The translations under genes and the position numbers were made by a program. A DNA stretch of 43,168 bases, taken from Anaerolineales bacterium (GTDB lineage Bacteria; Chloroflexota; Anaerolineae; Anaerolineales; RBG-16-64-43). The first letter of the stretch is position 1. Every line of letters starts with the position of its first letter. Of the stretch, positions 26,508-34,831 are shown in pieces. Under the pieces are notes generated by a model, which worked only from the letters and a program-made list of their open reading frames with translations, had not been told where the DNA came from and did not search any database. Location: the NCBI GenBank assembly GCA_046260075.1, contig JBJYXS010000364.1:1-43168 (forward strand), given 5' to 3'.

Positions 26508-27437
26508 ATGCTGCTGATGTTCCGCAACGAAGAACAGGTGCTGAAACCGCTGTCCGAACCGGCCCCCGGATGCTGGCTGCACGCCGTGGATCCGACACCG
26601 GCGGAAATCGACCGGCTGACCGGGCTCGGGTTCTCCGGCGAAAACATCGCCTATGCGATGGATCCGGACGAACGGCCGCGGGCGGAACACGAAGGCGACG
26701 ACTGGCTGGTCCTCCTGCGCATCCCCTATTTCCGGGGCGAGGTGGACGACATCCCGTACGCCACCATGCCGCTCGGCGTGTTGTTCAACACCGAGTACAT
26801 CGTCACCGTCTGCCGGACCAACAACGAGGTGCTGCAGGAGTTCGTCCTCGGCCGGGTGCGCGATCTGTCGACCGCCAAACACAACCGCTTCGTTTTGCAG
26901 CTGCTGCTGAATTCTTCCCTCCGGTTCCTTTCCTACCTGCGCGAGATCAGCCGCGTGGTGGAAGCCCTCGAAGACCGCCTGCAACAGTCGATTCGCAACC
27001 AGGAGGTCCTCGAGCTGCTCCGCTACCAGAAGAGCCTGACCTACTTCACCACCGCCCTGAAGGCCAACGCGCTGATGATGGAACGCCTGCAGAAAAGCCT
27101 TTTGTTCCAGAAGTATCCGGAGGATGCGGACCTGTTGGACGACGCCATCACCGAAACCATGCAGGCGATCGAAATGACCAGCATCGAGAGCAACATCCTC
27201 AGCGGGATGATGGACGCCTTCGCCTCGATCATCTCCAACAACCTCAACCAGGTGATGAAACTGCTGACCTCGATCACGATCGTGCTCAGTTTTCCGGCGC
27301 TGGTAGCCGCCCTGTACGGGATGAACGTGACGCTGCCTTTCGCCGGGCAGGCTTGGGCGTTCGCCTTCATCCTCGGCGTGGCGGTGGTCCTTTCGATTAC
27401 GGTGGTGTTCATCCTGCGGAAATTGGATTGGTTTTAA
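26508..27437 (+). CDS. corA: CorA-family divalent cation (Mg2+/Co2+) transporter
   Basis: 309 aa. YGMNV signature in ALYGMNVTLPF between two C-terminal TM helices. GGAGG lies 7 nt upstream of the ATG. Confidence 0.9.
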   Translation: MLLMFRNEEQVLKPLSEPAPGCWLHAVDPTPAEIDRLTGLGFSGENIAYAMDPDERPRAEHEGDDWLVLLRIPYFRGEVDDIPYATMPLGVLFNTEYIVTVCRTNNEVLQEFVLGRVRDLSTAKHNRFVLQLLLNSSLRFLSYLREISRVVEALEDRLQQSIRNQEVLELLRYQKSLTYFTTALKANALMMERLQKSLLFQKYPEDADLLDDAITETMQAIEMTSIESNILSGMMDAFASIISNNLNQVMKLLTSITIVLSFPALVAALYGMNVTLPFAGQAWAFAFILGVAVVLSITVVFILRKLDWF

Positions 27438-27466
27438 AACCGGGGATTTGTTATATGGAATCGCAG

Positions 27467-27490
27467 GGCGCAGCGGCGCTGCGCCTTTTT
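27467..27490 (+). terminator. Rho-independent terminator after corA
   Basis: GGCGCAGC, loop GGC, GCTGCGCC, T5. A near-identical palindrome, GGGCGCAGC-ACC-GCTGCGCCC, follows at 27498-27518. Confidence 0.7.
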
Positions 27491-27519
27491 CATTTCCGGG
27501 CGCAGCACCGCTGCGCCCC

Positions 27520-28761
27520 TCAGCGGTGCAGGCGCGGCATGCGTTTCTTCCAGGCGGTGGGGATGATCTTGTCGAGCGCATCGTCGGCCGTGATGATCCC
27601 TTGCAGGCGGTTCTGCTCATCGACCACCGGAACGGCCTGCAGGTTGTACTTGGAAACGGCGTGCGCCGCGTCGTCCTGGCTGTCTTCCGGCCGGATGGAG
27701 ACCACGCGCCCATGCATGAATTCCGTCACCGCGGTGGCGGGATCCGCCAAGACAAGATCCCGCAGGGAGAACACTCCCAACAGGCGGCCGCCTTCATCGG
27801 TGACGTAAATGTAGAATAGGTTCTGGATCTTCGGCCCCTCGCGCCGCAGCACCGCCATGGCCTGGGCGGCGGTGAGTTTGGGCGGAACGGCCAGGAATTC
27901 GGTGTTCATCAGGCCGCCGGCCGAATCCTCGGGGTAGGTGAGGAGCTTGCGCACGTCCGCCGCCTCCTCACGGCCCATCAGATTCAGCAGCCCCTGCGAA
28001 CGGTCCTTCGGGAGTTCGGCCAGCAGGTCAGCCGCCTCGTCGGGGGCCATCTCCTCCAGCACGTCGGCCACTTTCTCGTCCGGAAGGTGTTCCACCAGAT
28101 CGGCCTGCACTTCCGGATCGGTCTCCTCGAGCACGTCGGCCAGCTTTTCCACGACCATCTGGTCCACCAGTTGATCGCTGCTGTTCTGACTCGCCAGATC
28201 GCGAAGGATGTCGGCCAGGTCCGCCGGGTGCAGATCGGCGAGCTTCTCGCCGGCGACTTTCAGCCGCAAGGGGCTCTGTCCGGGCAGCATCTCCACGTTT
28301 TCCCAGGAAATCGTTCCCGCGGTGGGTCGGCCGCCGCGGAAGCCGAAGAGGTTCCGGAGCCAGCTCCGGCTTCCATCGCCGCAAACGGCGACATTGGCGA
28401 TGTAAATGTCGTTGTCGATGCGGGTCAGTTCGACATCCTTCACCCGCACCGCGCGCACGCCGTTGGTGTCGATGACCGGCTTGCCGAGCACGTCGCGCGC
28501 CAGGAACAGATCTTCCTTGGCGGGTTTGTAGGACGGCAGGTCCCTTAGTCGGTATTTTAGAGGGATGGCGGGGGCGATCAATACCGTCGCGGCCGATACC
28601 GGGATCAGCATCTGATGCCCGTTAGTTCGGACGACCATCGCGACGATCAGCGGATGGGCGATGGGATGTTTTTCGGCGGCGATCAGGTCGGTGAGGATGC
28701 CGATCTGCCGGCCGCTGACGTCGGCTATCGGGCGGCCAATGAGTTCGCGGACATATGCCAT
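27520..28761 (-). CDS. Soluble PRC-barrel / MgtE N-terminal domain / tandem CBS protein; an MgtE cytosolic sensor module with no transmembrane domain
   Basis: ATG 28761 (MAYVRELIGRP...) is preceded by GGAGGAGG. There are two PRC-like segments, then the MgtE_N-like LHPADLADIL...EEMAPDEAADLLAELP...LLTYPEDSAGGLMNTEF, then a CBS pair. The protein ends after ...DKIIPTAWKKRMPRLHR without any TM helices. Confidence 0.85.
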   Translation of the reverse strand: MAYVRELIGRPIADVSGRQIGILTDLIAAEKHPIAHPLIVAMVVRTNGHQMLIPVSAATVLIAPAIPLKYRLRDLPSYKPAKEDLFLARDVLGKPVIDTNGVRAVRVKDVELTRIDNDIYIANVAVCGDGSRSWLRNLFGFRGGRPTAGTISWENVEMLPGQSPLRLKVAGEKLADLHPADLADILRDLASQNSSDQLVDQMVVEKLADVLEETDPEVQADLVEHLPDEKVADVLEEMAPDEAADLLAELPKDRSQGLLNLMGREEAADVRKLLTYPEDSAGGLMNTEFLAVPPKLTAAQAMAVLRREGPKIQNLFYIYVTDEGGRLLGVFSLRDLVLADPATAVTEFMHGRVVSIRPEDSQDDAAHAVSKYNLQAVPVVDEQNRLQGIITADDALDKIIPTAWKKRMPRLHR

Positions 28762-28781
28762 GCCTTGTCCTCCTCCAGCCC

Positions 28782-28815
28782 AAAACAAAGCCCCCGCGTC
28801 AGATGAAGCGGGGGC
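28782..28815 (-). terminator. Intrinsic terminator inside the 5' leader, ending about 20 nt before the start codon of the MgtE_N/CBS gene
   Basis: On the minus strand: CCCCCGC, loop TTCATCTGAC, GCGGGGG, then CTTTGTTTTGGG. The SD GGAGGAGG follows immediately. Confidence 0.6.
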
Positions 28816-28984
28816 AGGCTGGTACGATCACGGCCTGGCCGGCGTCTCAACAGACGGCAGGAAGGTTCTGCAATCGAGGACTCTCGGGTTGGTCCGGGTC
28901 AAGCGAAAGATTGTTGTCCATGGTGTCGGCTCTTTTGCTGATGACCGACGTGCGCTCCTGGGTTGCGGATTTCTTTTCGGAGCG

Positions 28985-29013
28985 AATATACCCCCGGATA
29001 TGGGCGGTGTCAA
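28985..29013 (-). promoter_or_regulatory. Sigma70-like promoter driving a ~215-nt leader
   Basis: On the minus strand: TTGACA (29013-29008), 17-nt spacer, TATATT (28990-28985). Confidence 0.55.
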
Positions 29014-29154
29014 GCAAAAAAAAGGAAAATCGAAGCGAAAGAGGACATGGATCGGAGTGGTGGGCGCTGGGCGACGGGCGGTATTTCTCATCATCATGTC
29101 CGCTAGTCGGGGAAAACCGCCCCCGCCTTTCCAGCCATCCACGGTATGCGGATC

Positions 29155-30858
29155 CTATATCGCTTTCAGGTTGAGTTCCGCTAGATACTTCTCCCGGTTG
29201 GCGCCGCGCGCGATCTTGCCGGAGCTGGTTTTCAACAACCAGCCGCGGTCCACCACCCGGACCTGGCGCAGGGCGATGTCGGATCCGCGGGTCACCCGCC
29301 GCCGGATCTCCTCCGCCAGTTGCTCTCCGTCGCGCTCACCCCCATCGGCGGCGGTTTCCGGAGAATCCCGCTCCGCCACGATCACGACGTTTTCGGTTCC
29401 CATTTCCTCGCTGTACACTCCGAAGGCGACCACCCGTCCGGGATGCACACCCGGCACCTCCGAGGCCAGCAATTCCAGGTCCTGGGGATACACGTTCTTT
29501 CCCCCCACGATGATGAGGTCCTTCTTCCGTCCGGTGATGTACACCTCGCCGCCGGCCAGGTACCCGAGGTCGCCGGTGAGGAACCAGCCCTCGTGGAAGG
29601 CCTTCGCGGTCAGGTCGGGCCTGCGGTAATACTCCGTCAGCATGCAATCGCTGCGCAACATCACCTCCCCCAAATGGCGTTCGGGAAGTTCCGCGCGCGC
29701 ATCATCGACGATCCGCACCGCGGCGTTCTCCACCGGGGGGCCGCAGGAGAGCATGTTCATCGCTTCCTCACCGTCTTGCGACGGGCGGGCGACCCGGTCG
29801 ACGAGCAGCCCGCGCTGGCTGACCGCGTCGACCGTCACCGGCGCCCCGATCCCGCCTTGGGTGACGGCGAAAACGTTCTCGGCCATCGCGTAGCATGTGG
29901 CCAGCGCGCTCTCCCGCAACCCGAATCCCCGGAACCGGTCCAGGAACTTGCGGTGGCTCTGGTAATGCATCGGTTCGGAGCAGTTGATGATCGCCCGCCA
30001 GGAGGAAAGATCCACATCCTCCAGCTGGCGGTCGCGGATTTTCTGCGCGCAGAAGTTATAGGCGAAGTTCGGCAGCCAGGAGAGGGTCCCGCGGTGAGCC
30101 GACACCGCCTGCAGCAATTTGTACGGCGCGCGGACCCAATCGAAGGGCGACATCAGGACGAGCGGGATTCCCTCCAGAATCGGCAGCAGAAAGCCCGCGA
30201 TCAACCCCATATCGTGATAGAGCGGCAGCCAGGAAACGATCGTATCCTCCGGGCGCAGCCGGACGGCCCGGCCGTATACATCCAACTGCCGGAAGACGGC
30301 GCGATGGGAAAGCGCCACTCCCTTCTGCAAACCCGTGGTGCCGGAGGAATGCTGCAGCAGTACGATGTCGCCGGGTTCGCGTTCCCGGCCGCGCATCGCG
30401 GAAAAATCCGGGGCGGGGCAAGTAGCAACGTCCGTCGTCTGCAGCACGCTGCGCACCGGCCCGCCGGACGGGATGGCGTCCTGCACTTCATTCAGAAACT
30501 CCGGATAGGTCACCACCGCAGCCGGCTGGGTTACGGAAAATAATGATTTAAGCGACCGGCGGTAGGATTCCGGCGAGAGTTTTTCGGTGAGAAACGGCAT
30601 GATGGATGGAATCGCCCCGTGCAACACCGCGCCGAAGAACGACTCCGCCAACGCCTCGGAATGTTGGAGGATGAGGATGACGACTTCCCCGGGCTGCACG
30701 CCCGCTTTTTGCAGCGCGTCCGCGTAACCGGCGGCTCCGCAGACCAGATCCCGGTAGGACATCGCCCGCTCGGGTGTCCGCGGGTGCATCCAGTGGACTG
30801 CGGTTTGTTCCGGGGAACGGGTGTAGAGGTCTTCCAGACGCGCAAAAAAGGTGGTCAC
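29155..30858 (-). CDS. Adenylate-forming enzyme, fatty-acyl-AMP/acyl-ACP ligase (FAAL)-like
   Basis: 567 aa. LLQHSSGTTGLQKGV (A3 motif), YHDMGL, GWFLTGDLGY, GRKKDLIIVGGKNVYPQDLE and the C-terminal KTSSGKIAR. The GTG start overlaps the ACP stop (GTGA at 30855-30858). Confidence 0.85.
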   Translation of the reverse strand: MTTFFARLEDLYTRSPEQTAVHWMHPRTPERAMSYRDLVCGAAGYADALQKAGVQPGEVVILILQHSEALAESFFGAVLHGAIPSIMPFLTEKLSPESYRRSLKSLFSVTQPAAVVTYPEFLNEVQDAIPSGGPVRSVLQTTDVATCPAPDFSAMRGREREPGDIVLLQHSSGTTGLQKGVALSHRAVFRQLDVYGRAVRLRPEDTIVSWLPLYHDMGLIAGFLLPILEGIPLVLMSPFDWVRAPYKLLQAVSAHRGTLSWLPNFAYNFCAQKIRDRQLEDVDLSSWRAIINCSEPMHYQSHRKFLDRFRGFGLRESALATCYAMAENVFAVTQGGIGAPVTVDAVSQRGLLVDRVARPSQDGEEAMNMLSCGPPVENAAVRIVDDARAELPERHLGEVMLRSDCMLTEYYRRPDLTAKAFHEGWFLTGDLGYLAGGEVYITGRKKDLIIVGGKNVYPQDLELLASEVPGVHPGRVVAFGVYSEEMGTENVVIVAERDSPETAADGGERDGEQLAEEIRRRVTRGSDIALRQVRVVDRGWLLKTSSGKIARGANREKYLAELNLKAI

Positions 30859-31109
30859 TGCGGGGTTTGCCTGGCTTGGATCACCGCCGCCAACTCCGAC
30901 AGCGTATCGAAGGTCTGGGCGTTCAGCTCCGTATCATCGATGTGCACGCCGAAGGTGTCTTCCACGAACAGCGAGAGATCCACCAGGTGGAAGGAATCGA
31001 TCAATCCGGAGGAAATCAGTTTATCGTCCGGGGCGATGGCGCGCTGGGGTTGTTTGAGCACCTGTTCGGCGATATAGGCGGCCAACTGCGATTCGATTTC
31101 TTGGGTCAT
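30855..31109 (-). CDS. Acyl/peptidyl carrier protein
   Basis: 84 aa. The phosphopantetheine-attachment context SSGLIDSFHLVDL sits at about residue 38, and the protein has an acidic helical character. Confidence 0.8.
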   Translation of the reverse strand: MTQEIESQLAAYIAEQVLKQPQRAIAPDDKLISSGLIDSFHLVDLSLFVEDTFGVHIDDTELNAQTFDTLSELAAVIQARQTPQ

Positions 31110-31124
31110 CGGATTCTTGGCTCC

Positions 31125-32108
31125 TCAGGGTAGGTTCGGTCCGATCAGCTCCCGCCGGGCGCCGTCCAGCACCTGCAGCGCGGTCAGGTTGCGGATCATC
31201 CATCCGCTCCATTTGGAGTCGGGAAGGTCGAAGAAGTAGTTGTGGTCGCCGGGCGCCTGGGTGAGGTGGAAACCATCCTTGCTCAACCCGTGATAGCGCA
31301 CCGTCTGCACCGCTCCCCAGAAATTCCACAACGGGATGTCGTATTCCCAAGCCAGCTGGGCGATCAGCGCGTTGATCCGGTGGCCGCCTTCGAGATTGTC
31401 GGCCTTGGTCGCCACGACCGGCACCACCCCCTGGCCGACCGTGTACTCGATCACCTGGCGCAGATAAGTTTCGTACTTGACCACGTCCCCATCCCAGGCT
31501 TCCTCGAAACTGATCAGCGCCAGGCTGGGATTGTTCAGCCGCAGCTCGCACGCCAGCGGACTTTCCGACGATTCGCAAAAATCCGGATCCGCCCGCAGCG
31601 GATTTAAAGCGGCCGCCACGTTCAATCCCCCCTTCACCGCCAGGCTTTGACGGCCGAAGGAGCCTGCAAACCAGTCGATCGTGGTCTGCAGATCCGCATA
31701 CGGCCCGAGCCGGTACTTCTCCGGATCCTCGTAGCCGGCCAGGAAGAAGGTGGTGATGTTCTGACAATCGCCGATCTTGGAAAACACGCGCTCGTCGCGC
31801 CCCATCGCGGCGCCGGTTTGGAAAATCGCCTGAGCCCGGCCGGCGAAGGATGGAACCGCCGGGTACGTTTGCCATTCGTCCCCTTCCGGGGAGGGACGCA
31901 GGGTGGCCGTGGGGGTCGCCGTCGAACGGCCGGTCGGCGTGGACGCCGACGATTCCAGAGCCGCCGTCGAACCCGCGGACGGTGTGGCGGCCGGATCGGA
32001 GGGCTCGGCGCCGGGAGTCGCGCCGGCCGCCCGTCCTTCGCAAGCGGTCAGTATCATCAACGCTGCTCCCCAGACGGCGGCGGTGCGCGGCAAACGGTTA
32101 GCGGGCAT
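31125..32108 (-). CDS. Lipoprotein with an SGNH/GDSL-like fold in which block I reads GDC (Cys in place of Ser)
   Basis: Lipobox ILTAC followed by an S/T/P/A-rich linker. Block I-like FSKIGDCQN, block III-like VATKADN, block V-like SKDGFHLT (DxxH). Confidence 0.6.
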   Translation of the reverse strand: MPANRLPRTAAVWGAALMILTACEGRAAGATPGAEPSDPAATPSAGSTAALESSASTPTGRSTATPTATLRPSPEGDEWQTYPAVPSFAGRAQAIFQTGAAMGRDERVFSKIGDCQNITTFFLAGYEDPEKYRLGPYADLQTTIDWFAGSFGRQSLAVKGGLNVAAALNPLRADPDFCESSESPLACELRLNNPSLALISFEEAWDGDVVKYETYLRQVIEYTVGQGVVPVVATKADNLEGGHRINALIAQLAWEYDIPLWNFWGAVQTVRYHGLSKDGFHLTQAPGDHNYFFDLPDSKWSGWMIRNLTALQVLDGARRELIGPNLP

Positions 32109-33204
32109 TCTTCTCTTTTACAATCTCCATCATCAACCGCTCCGCCAGCAGGATTTCCCCCTCCGGTGTGCGGTGAATGGCGCTGTTGGTGAACTCCTCC
32201 GCCGGAACCAAGTCCCAGTAATCGAAACAGGTCACCTGATGGATCAGGCACCATTCCGCCAGCAAGGAGCGGTACGCATCATACGCCCAGCGCGGGTAGA
32301 AAAAATTATACCGGATGTCGCTGTTGGCTCCCCGGCTGATGTACACCGGTTCGTTGACGATCCACAGGGGAACCTCGCCCGCCAACGCCCGGCCGGCCGC
32401 GAGCACATCGAAGGCCAGGTCGTCCGGGTTAAGTTCCGGCGGCTGCAGTCCGTAGAAATCCGTTTCCTCCTCCAGATCCTCCTGCGGCGGATCGTATCTC
32501 TCCGGGATCGCCTGATCCACGCCGGTGGCGGCCCATAAGAATCCGTACAACTGCAGGCGGATCCAATCCGCCAACGACCGCCGCTCGCCCACCAGAGTCC
32601 GGTCCCACACCGTCGGTGTGATCAGCCGCGGATCGTCGGGATCCGACGCCAACCCATATTCCGCGATCAGTTCCCGCACCACCGCGGCATTGTGCTGCAG
32701 GATCGGCGAAGCCAATTGCTTGGACGGCGGGAGCGACTCCAGGGTGATCAGCCAGATGACAAGATCGGGATCGTACCGCATGGCATAGCGCAGCATCATC
32801 AGATCTTTCGTCGTCGACATCGTCGGGTACCCGAGGTTGTAGACATGAACCGCGCCGCCGCTTTCCCGGGTGATGTGTGCGGCCAACGTCTCCTCCGGAT
32901 CCAACAGAAACCCCCAGGTGGACGAATCCCCGATCAGCACCACGCGGAACGCATCCGGCTTCCGCGGGGCGGAGATTTCGTGTGCGGCGAACATCGCCTC
33001 CAGGTTGAACAGGCTCAGGTTGTAATCGGACGCGGGGTCTTCGCCGTACGGCAGCCGCACGCGCCCCGGGACCAGCCGGTTGTAGATGGAGATCCGTCCC
33101 AGCGCGGGAAGCAGGTCGACGGCGGCGAACAGCCCGTTGAGGGCCAGGAACAGAACCAGCGCCTTGACCAGCACGTTGCGCAGAAAGCGGTTGCGTTCAG
33201 ACAT
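32098..33204 (-). CDS. Membrane-anchored SGNH hydrolase/acyltransferase, DltD/AlgJ-like
   Basis: N-terminal TM helix (VLVKALVLFLALNGLFAAV). Block I VVLIGDSSTWG, and a C-terminal NSAIHRTPEGEILLAERL block V-like His region. It overlaps the next gene by 11 nt. Confidence 0.65.
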   Translation of the reverse strand: MSERNRFLRNVLVKALVLFLALNGLFAAVDLLPALGRISIYNRLVPGRVRLPYGEDPASDYNLSLFNLEAMFAAHEISAPRKPDAFRVVLIGDSSTWGFLLDPEETLAAHITRESGGAVHVYNLGYPTMSTTKDLMMLRYAMRYDPDLVIWLITLESLPPSKQLASPILQHNAAVVRELIAEYGLASDPDDPRLITPTVWDRTLVGERRSLADWIRLQLYGFLWAATGVDQAIPERYDPPQEDLEEETDFYGLQPPELNPDDLAFDVLAAGRALAGEVPLWIVNEPVYISRGANSDIRYNFFYPRWAYDAYRSLLAEWCLIHQVTCFDYWDLVPAEEFTNSAIHRTPEGEILLAERLMMEIVKEKNAR

Positions 33205-33222
33205 GCGGAGAAACCGTCCTTA

Positions 33223-34665
33223 TCATCTGAAAATCCCGAACAGGCGGAGGAACACATCCGCCGAAGCCGCCGGGCTGGGGAGGGCGAACCAAACCCAGCC
33301 GAGGACGACGAAGTGGAACGTCGCCAGTATGGACGCCGCCGTGTAGGCCTTCTTCCACGCCGGCCGGCCCTCCATGCGCGGCATCCAACTCCGACTCCAT
33401 TCCCCCCAGCGGTTGTGCACGAACAGCCCGGCTCCGTGCCACAGCCCCCAGATCAGGAAATTCCACGACACGCCGTGCCACAGGCCGATCAGGGCCATCG
33501 TCGAAAACTGGCCGGCCAGGATGATGAGCCACATCGGGATCCGCCGCGGAGCAGAGCGCAGGGCGCGGGTCAGGGGGTTGAAAAAGTAGGAACGGAACCA
33601 TTGCGCCAGGGTGATATGCCAGGAATTCCAGAAGGCGGTGAGGTTCGGCTGCGTGTACGGGCGGTTGAAATTTTCGGGAAGGGCGATGCCCGCCCATTGC
33701 CCCAATCCCAGGGCGATGTCGGTGTAGCCCGAAAAATCAAAATAGATCCGCAGGGCGTAGGCGTACAGGAACAGCCATAACCATCCGGCGTCCGTCGTTT
33801 GCGCGGCGAGGGATACGTTCAAGGCCATCACCGCCAACCCATCGGCCAGTACGAACTTTTTAAAGATCCCCACCAGGATTCGTTGACCGCCCGGCAGGAA
33901 CGAATCGGCCGGACGGCTCGCGCCGGAGTGCAGGCCTTTGAGAAACCGGTCCACCCGGTCGATCGGCCCGGCCGTGACGGCCGGGTAAAAGACGACGTAG
34001 GTGAGAAAGTCGCGCAGCGAACAATCGGGCAACCGGCCCGTCATCCGGTCCCGCAGGGCATGAACCAGGCGGAAGGCGATGTAGGAAAAACCCAGCCAGC
34101 GGATATCCAGCGGCGAGGCCAGTCCGGGATCCTGTCCGTTCATCCGGCGCAGGACCGCCGCGGCCGCCTGGGCCAGGCCGTCCGTCTTCAACACCACCAG
34201 CAGGGCAAGGACGATGAAGACCGCCGCCGCAAGAGTCCGCCGGCCGGACCGTACGCTGCGCAATACGGCAGCCAGCACCAGCAGGAAAAGCAGCGCCGAA
34301 ACAACCCGGCCGATCTCCGGAGGGCGGCCCGGAATCAGGACGGCGGAGGAACCAAGATAGCGCGTCGCCGCCAAGCCCAGGATAAGTGCCGCGGCGACTG
34401 CGGCCGTCCCCGCATCCGCGCCGGTCACTCTCCAACGGGCGGGTTCCGGCGGGTTGTCTTTCCGGGCGGTAAGCGCCCAGATCAACACGGTCAGCCCGAT
34501 GGAAGCGGTCGGCAGCCAGAAATCGAGATGGCGGACGGGCAACGCCGGCTGCAGCGCATATACGGCCAGCAGGCTGGCGATGAAAAGAATCCATCGGCGG
34601 GCCCGGGGTATTCCGCCCGCCGCCAGGGAAACCGCCGCCAGTACGAAGATGTCGGTTAGTGTCAT
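33223..34665 (-). CDS. MBOAT-family membrane-bound O-acyltransferase (DltB/AlgI-like)
   Basis: 480 aa, polytopic. FWNSWHITLAQWFRSYFFNPL and GLWHGVSWNFLIWGLWHGAG are the conserved MBOAT His blocks. Confidence 0.9.
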   Translation of the reverse strand: MTLTDIFVLAAVSLAAGGIPRARRWILFIASLLAVYALQPALPVRHLDFWLPTASIGLTVLIWALTARKDNPPEPARWRVTGADAGTAAVAAALILGLAATRYLGSSAVLIPGRPPEIGRVVSALLFLLVLAAVLRSVRSGRRTLAAAVFIVLALLVVLKTDGLAQAAAAVLRRMNGQDPGLASPLDIRWLGFSYIAFRLVHALRDRMTGRLPDCSLRDFLTYVVFYPAVTAGPIDRVDRFLKGLHSGASRPADSFLPGGQRILVGIFKKFVLADGLAVMALNVSLAAQTTDAGWLWLFLYAYALRIYFDFSGYTDIALGLGQWAGIALPENFNRPYTQPNLTAFWNSWHITLAQWFRSYFFNPLTRALRSAPRRIPMWLIILAGQFSTMALIGLWHGVSWNFLIWGLWHGAGLFVHNRWGEWSRSWMPRMEGRPAWKKAYTAASILATFHFVVLGWVWFALPSPAASADVFLRLFGIFR

Positions 34666-34696
34666 AAACGGGGTGGGAACTGCCGACCGGAGATTC

Positions 34697-34831
34697 TCAG
34701 AATCCCTGGTAGATCCACTGCGGGGATTGGTCCGCCGTGAATACCAGGATGAAAACGGCCATCAGGCACAGGGCCAATGCGCAGAGGTTCTCCCGCGAAA
34801 ACAGCCACCGGCCGATCCGGCCGAAGATCAT
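34697..34831 (-). CDS. DltX-like single-TM microprotein ending in the hexapeptide WIYQGF (44 aa; 51 aa if ATG 34852 is used)
   Basis: MIFGRIGRWLFSRENLCALALCLMAVFILVFTADQSPQWIYQGF*. Its ATG overlaps the TGA of the upstream lipoprotein gene (ATGA at 34828-34831), and it ends 31 nt upstream of the MBOAT gene. In the track it is buried in the C-terminus of the 119-aa Arg-rich ORF 34697-35056. Confidence 0.5.
   Translation of the reverse strand: MIFGRIGRWLFSRENLCALALCLMAVFILVFTADQSPQWIYQGF

Noticed and set aside
26478-27713. A 411-aa minus-strand ORF and a 412-aa plus-strand ORF (26570-27808) overlapping corA.
   Set aside because: The corA frame has the YGMNV signature, two C-terminal TM helices and a good SD. 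The alternatives are Arg/Pro/Gly-rich shadows.
28850-28921. A 24-codon leader peptide (MDNNLSLDPDQPESPRLQNLPAVC) inside that leader.
   Set aside because: There is no SD and no run of regulatory codons. It is probably a chance ORF.
28762-29013. An M-box (ykoK) Mg2+ riboswitch upstream of the MgtE_N/CBS gene.
   Set aside because: The context made it attractive, but I could not find the conserved M-box elements as I remember them (AGGUGAGG 5' element and GCUAAAGC 3' element). I kept it only as an unclassified leader; it needs cmsearch.
31021-32043. A 340-aa minus-strand ORF in another frame across the SGNH-lipoprotein gene.
   Set aside because: It is extremely Arg/Gly/Pro-rich and has no start context. 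The competing frame has a lipobox and SGNH-like blocks and fits the operon spacing.
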